This document shows positions 35,205-35,535 of a DNA stretch of 35,535 nucleotides, piece after piece. Made by a program: the position numbers and the translations under genes. Location: IMG/VR virus record IMGVR_UViG_2872152978_000002, one strand, 5' to 3'. The first letter of the stretch is position 1. Each line of letters begins with the position of its first letter. Below the pieces are notes generated by a model. That model was not told the DNA's origin. It ran no database searches and worked only from the letters and a program-made list of their open reading frames with translations. This stretch comes from a virus. Lineage: Duplodnaviria; Heunggongvirae; Uroviricota; Caudoviricetes.

Positions 35205-35535
35205 GGTGATGCTGCCAACTTACTGATTTAGTGTATGATGGTGTTTTTGAGGTGCTCCAGTGGCTTCTGTTTCTATCAGCTGTCCCTCCTGTTCAGCTAC
35301 TGACGGGGTGGTGCGTAACGGCAAAAGCACTGCCGGACATCAGCGCTATCTCTGCTCTCACTGCCGTAAAACATGGCAACTGCAGTTCACTTACACCGCT
35401 TCTCAACCCGGTACGCACCAGAAAATTATTGATATGGCCATGAATGGCGTTGGATGCCGGGCAACTGCACGCATTATGGGCGTTAGCCTCAACACGATTT
35501 TACGTCACTTAAAAAACTCAGGCCGCAGTCGGTAA
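35205..35535 (+). mobile_element. IS1 insertion sequence, partial (runs off the window)
   Basis: Starts with the IS1 terminal inverted repeat GGTGATGCTGCCAACTTACTGATTTAGTGTATGATGGTG, followed by insA. Confidence 0.88.
35260..35535 (+). CDS. insA: IS1 InsA transposition regulator, 91 aa
   Basis: [43 protein letters not shown]... matches IS1 InsA; stop codon at the window end. Confidence 0.88.
   Translation: MASVSISCPSCSATDGVVRNGKSTAGHQRYLCSHCRKTWQLQFTYTASQPGTHQKIIDMAMNGVGCRATARIMGVSLNTILRHLKNSGRSR

Overview
The window is almost entirely one P2-like (Peduovirus) prophage of about 34.45 kb, spanning 145..34599 and bounded by 27/28-bp direct repeats of the P2 att core. The left repeat forms the 3' terminator of the host sRNA gene cyaR (85..171); the right flank is host DNA carrying yegR and the start of an IS1 copy. 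Gene order and product lengths match P2 from ogr through int, with P2's own cos site at 27483..27501. All family, motif and length comparisons are from memory of P2 and protein families; no database search was run. Three classical P2 moron positions carry non-P2 cargo, and these are the main candidates for an undescribed accessory or anti-phage function: (1) between FI and G, an AT-rich HNH-motif protein gene plus a BetT-like BCCT transporter and a 4-TM membrane protein; (2) between V and S, an AT-rich 2-TM protein gene with its own terminator; (3) between Q and A, a DUF4238-like gene. Two genes appear frameshifted in G/C runs (baseplate spike V and the DUF4238-like gene), which is either real decay or sequencing error.
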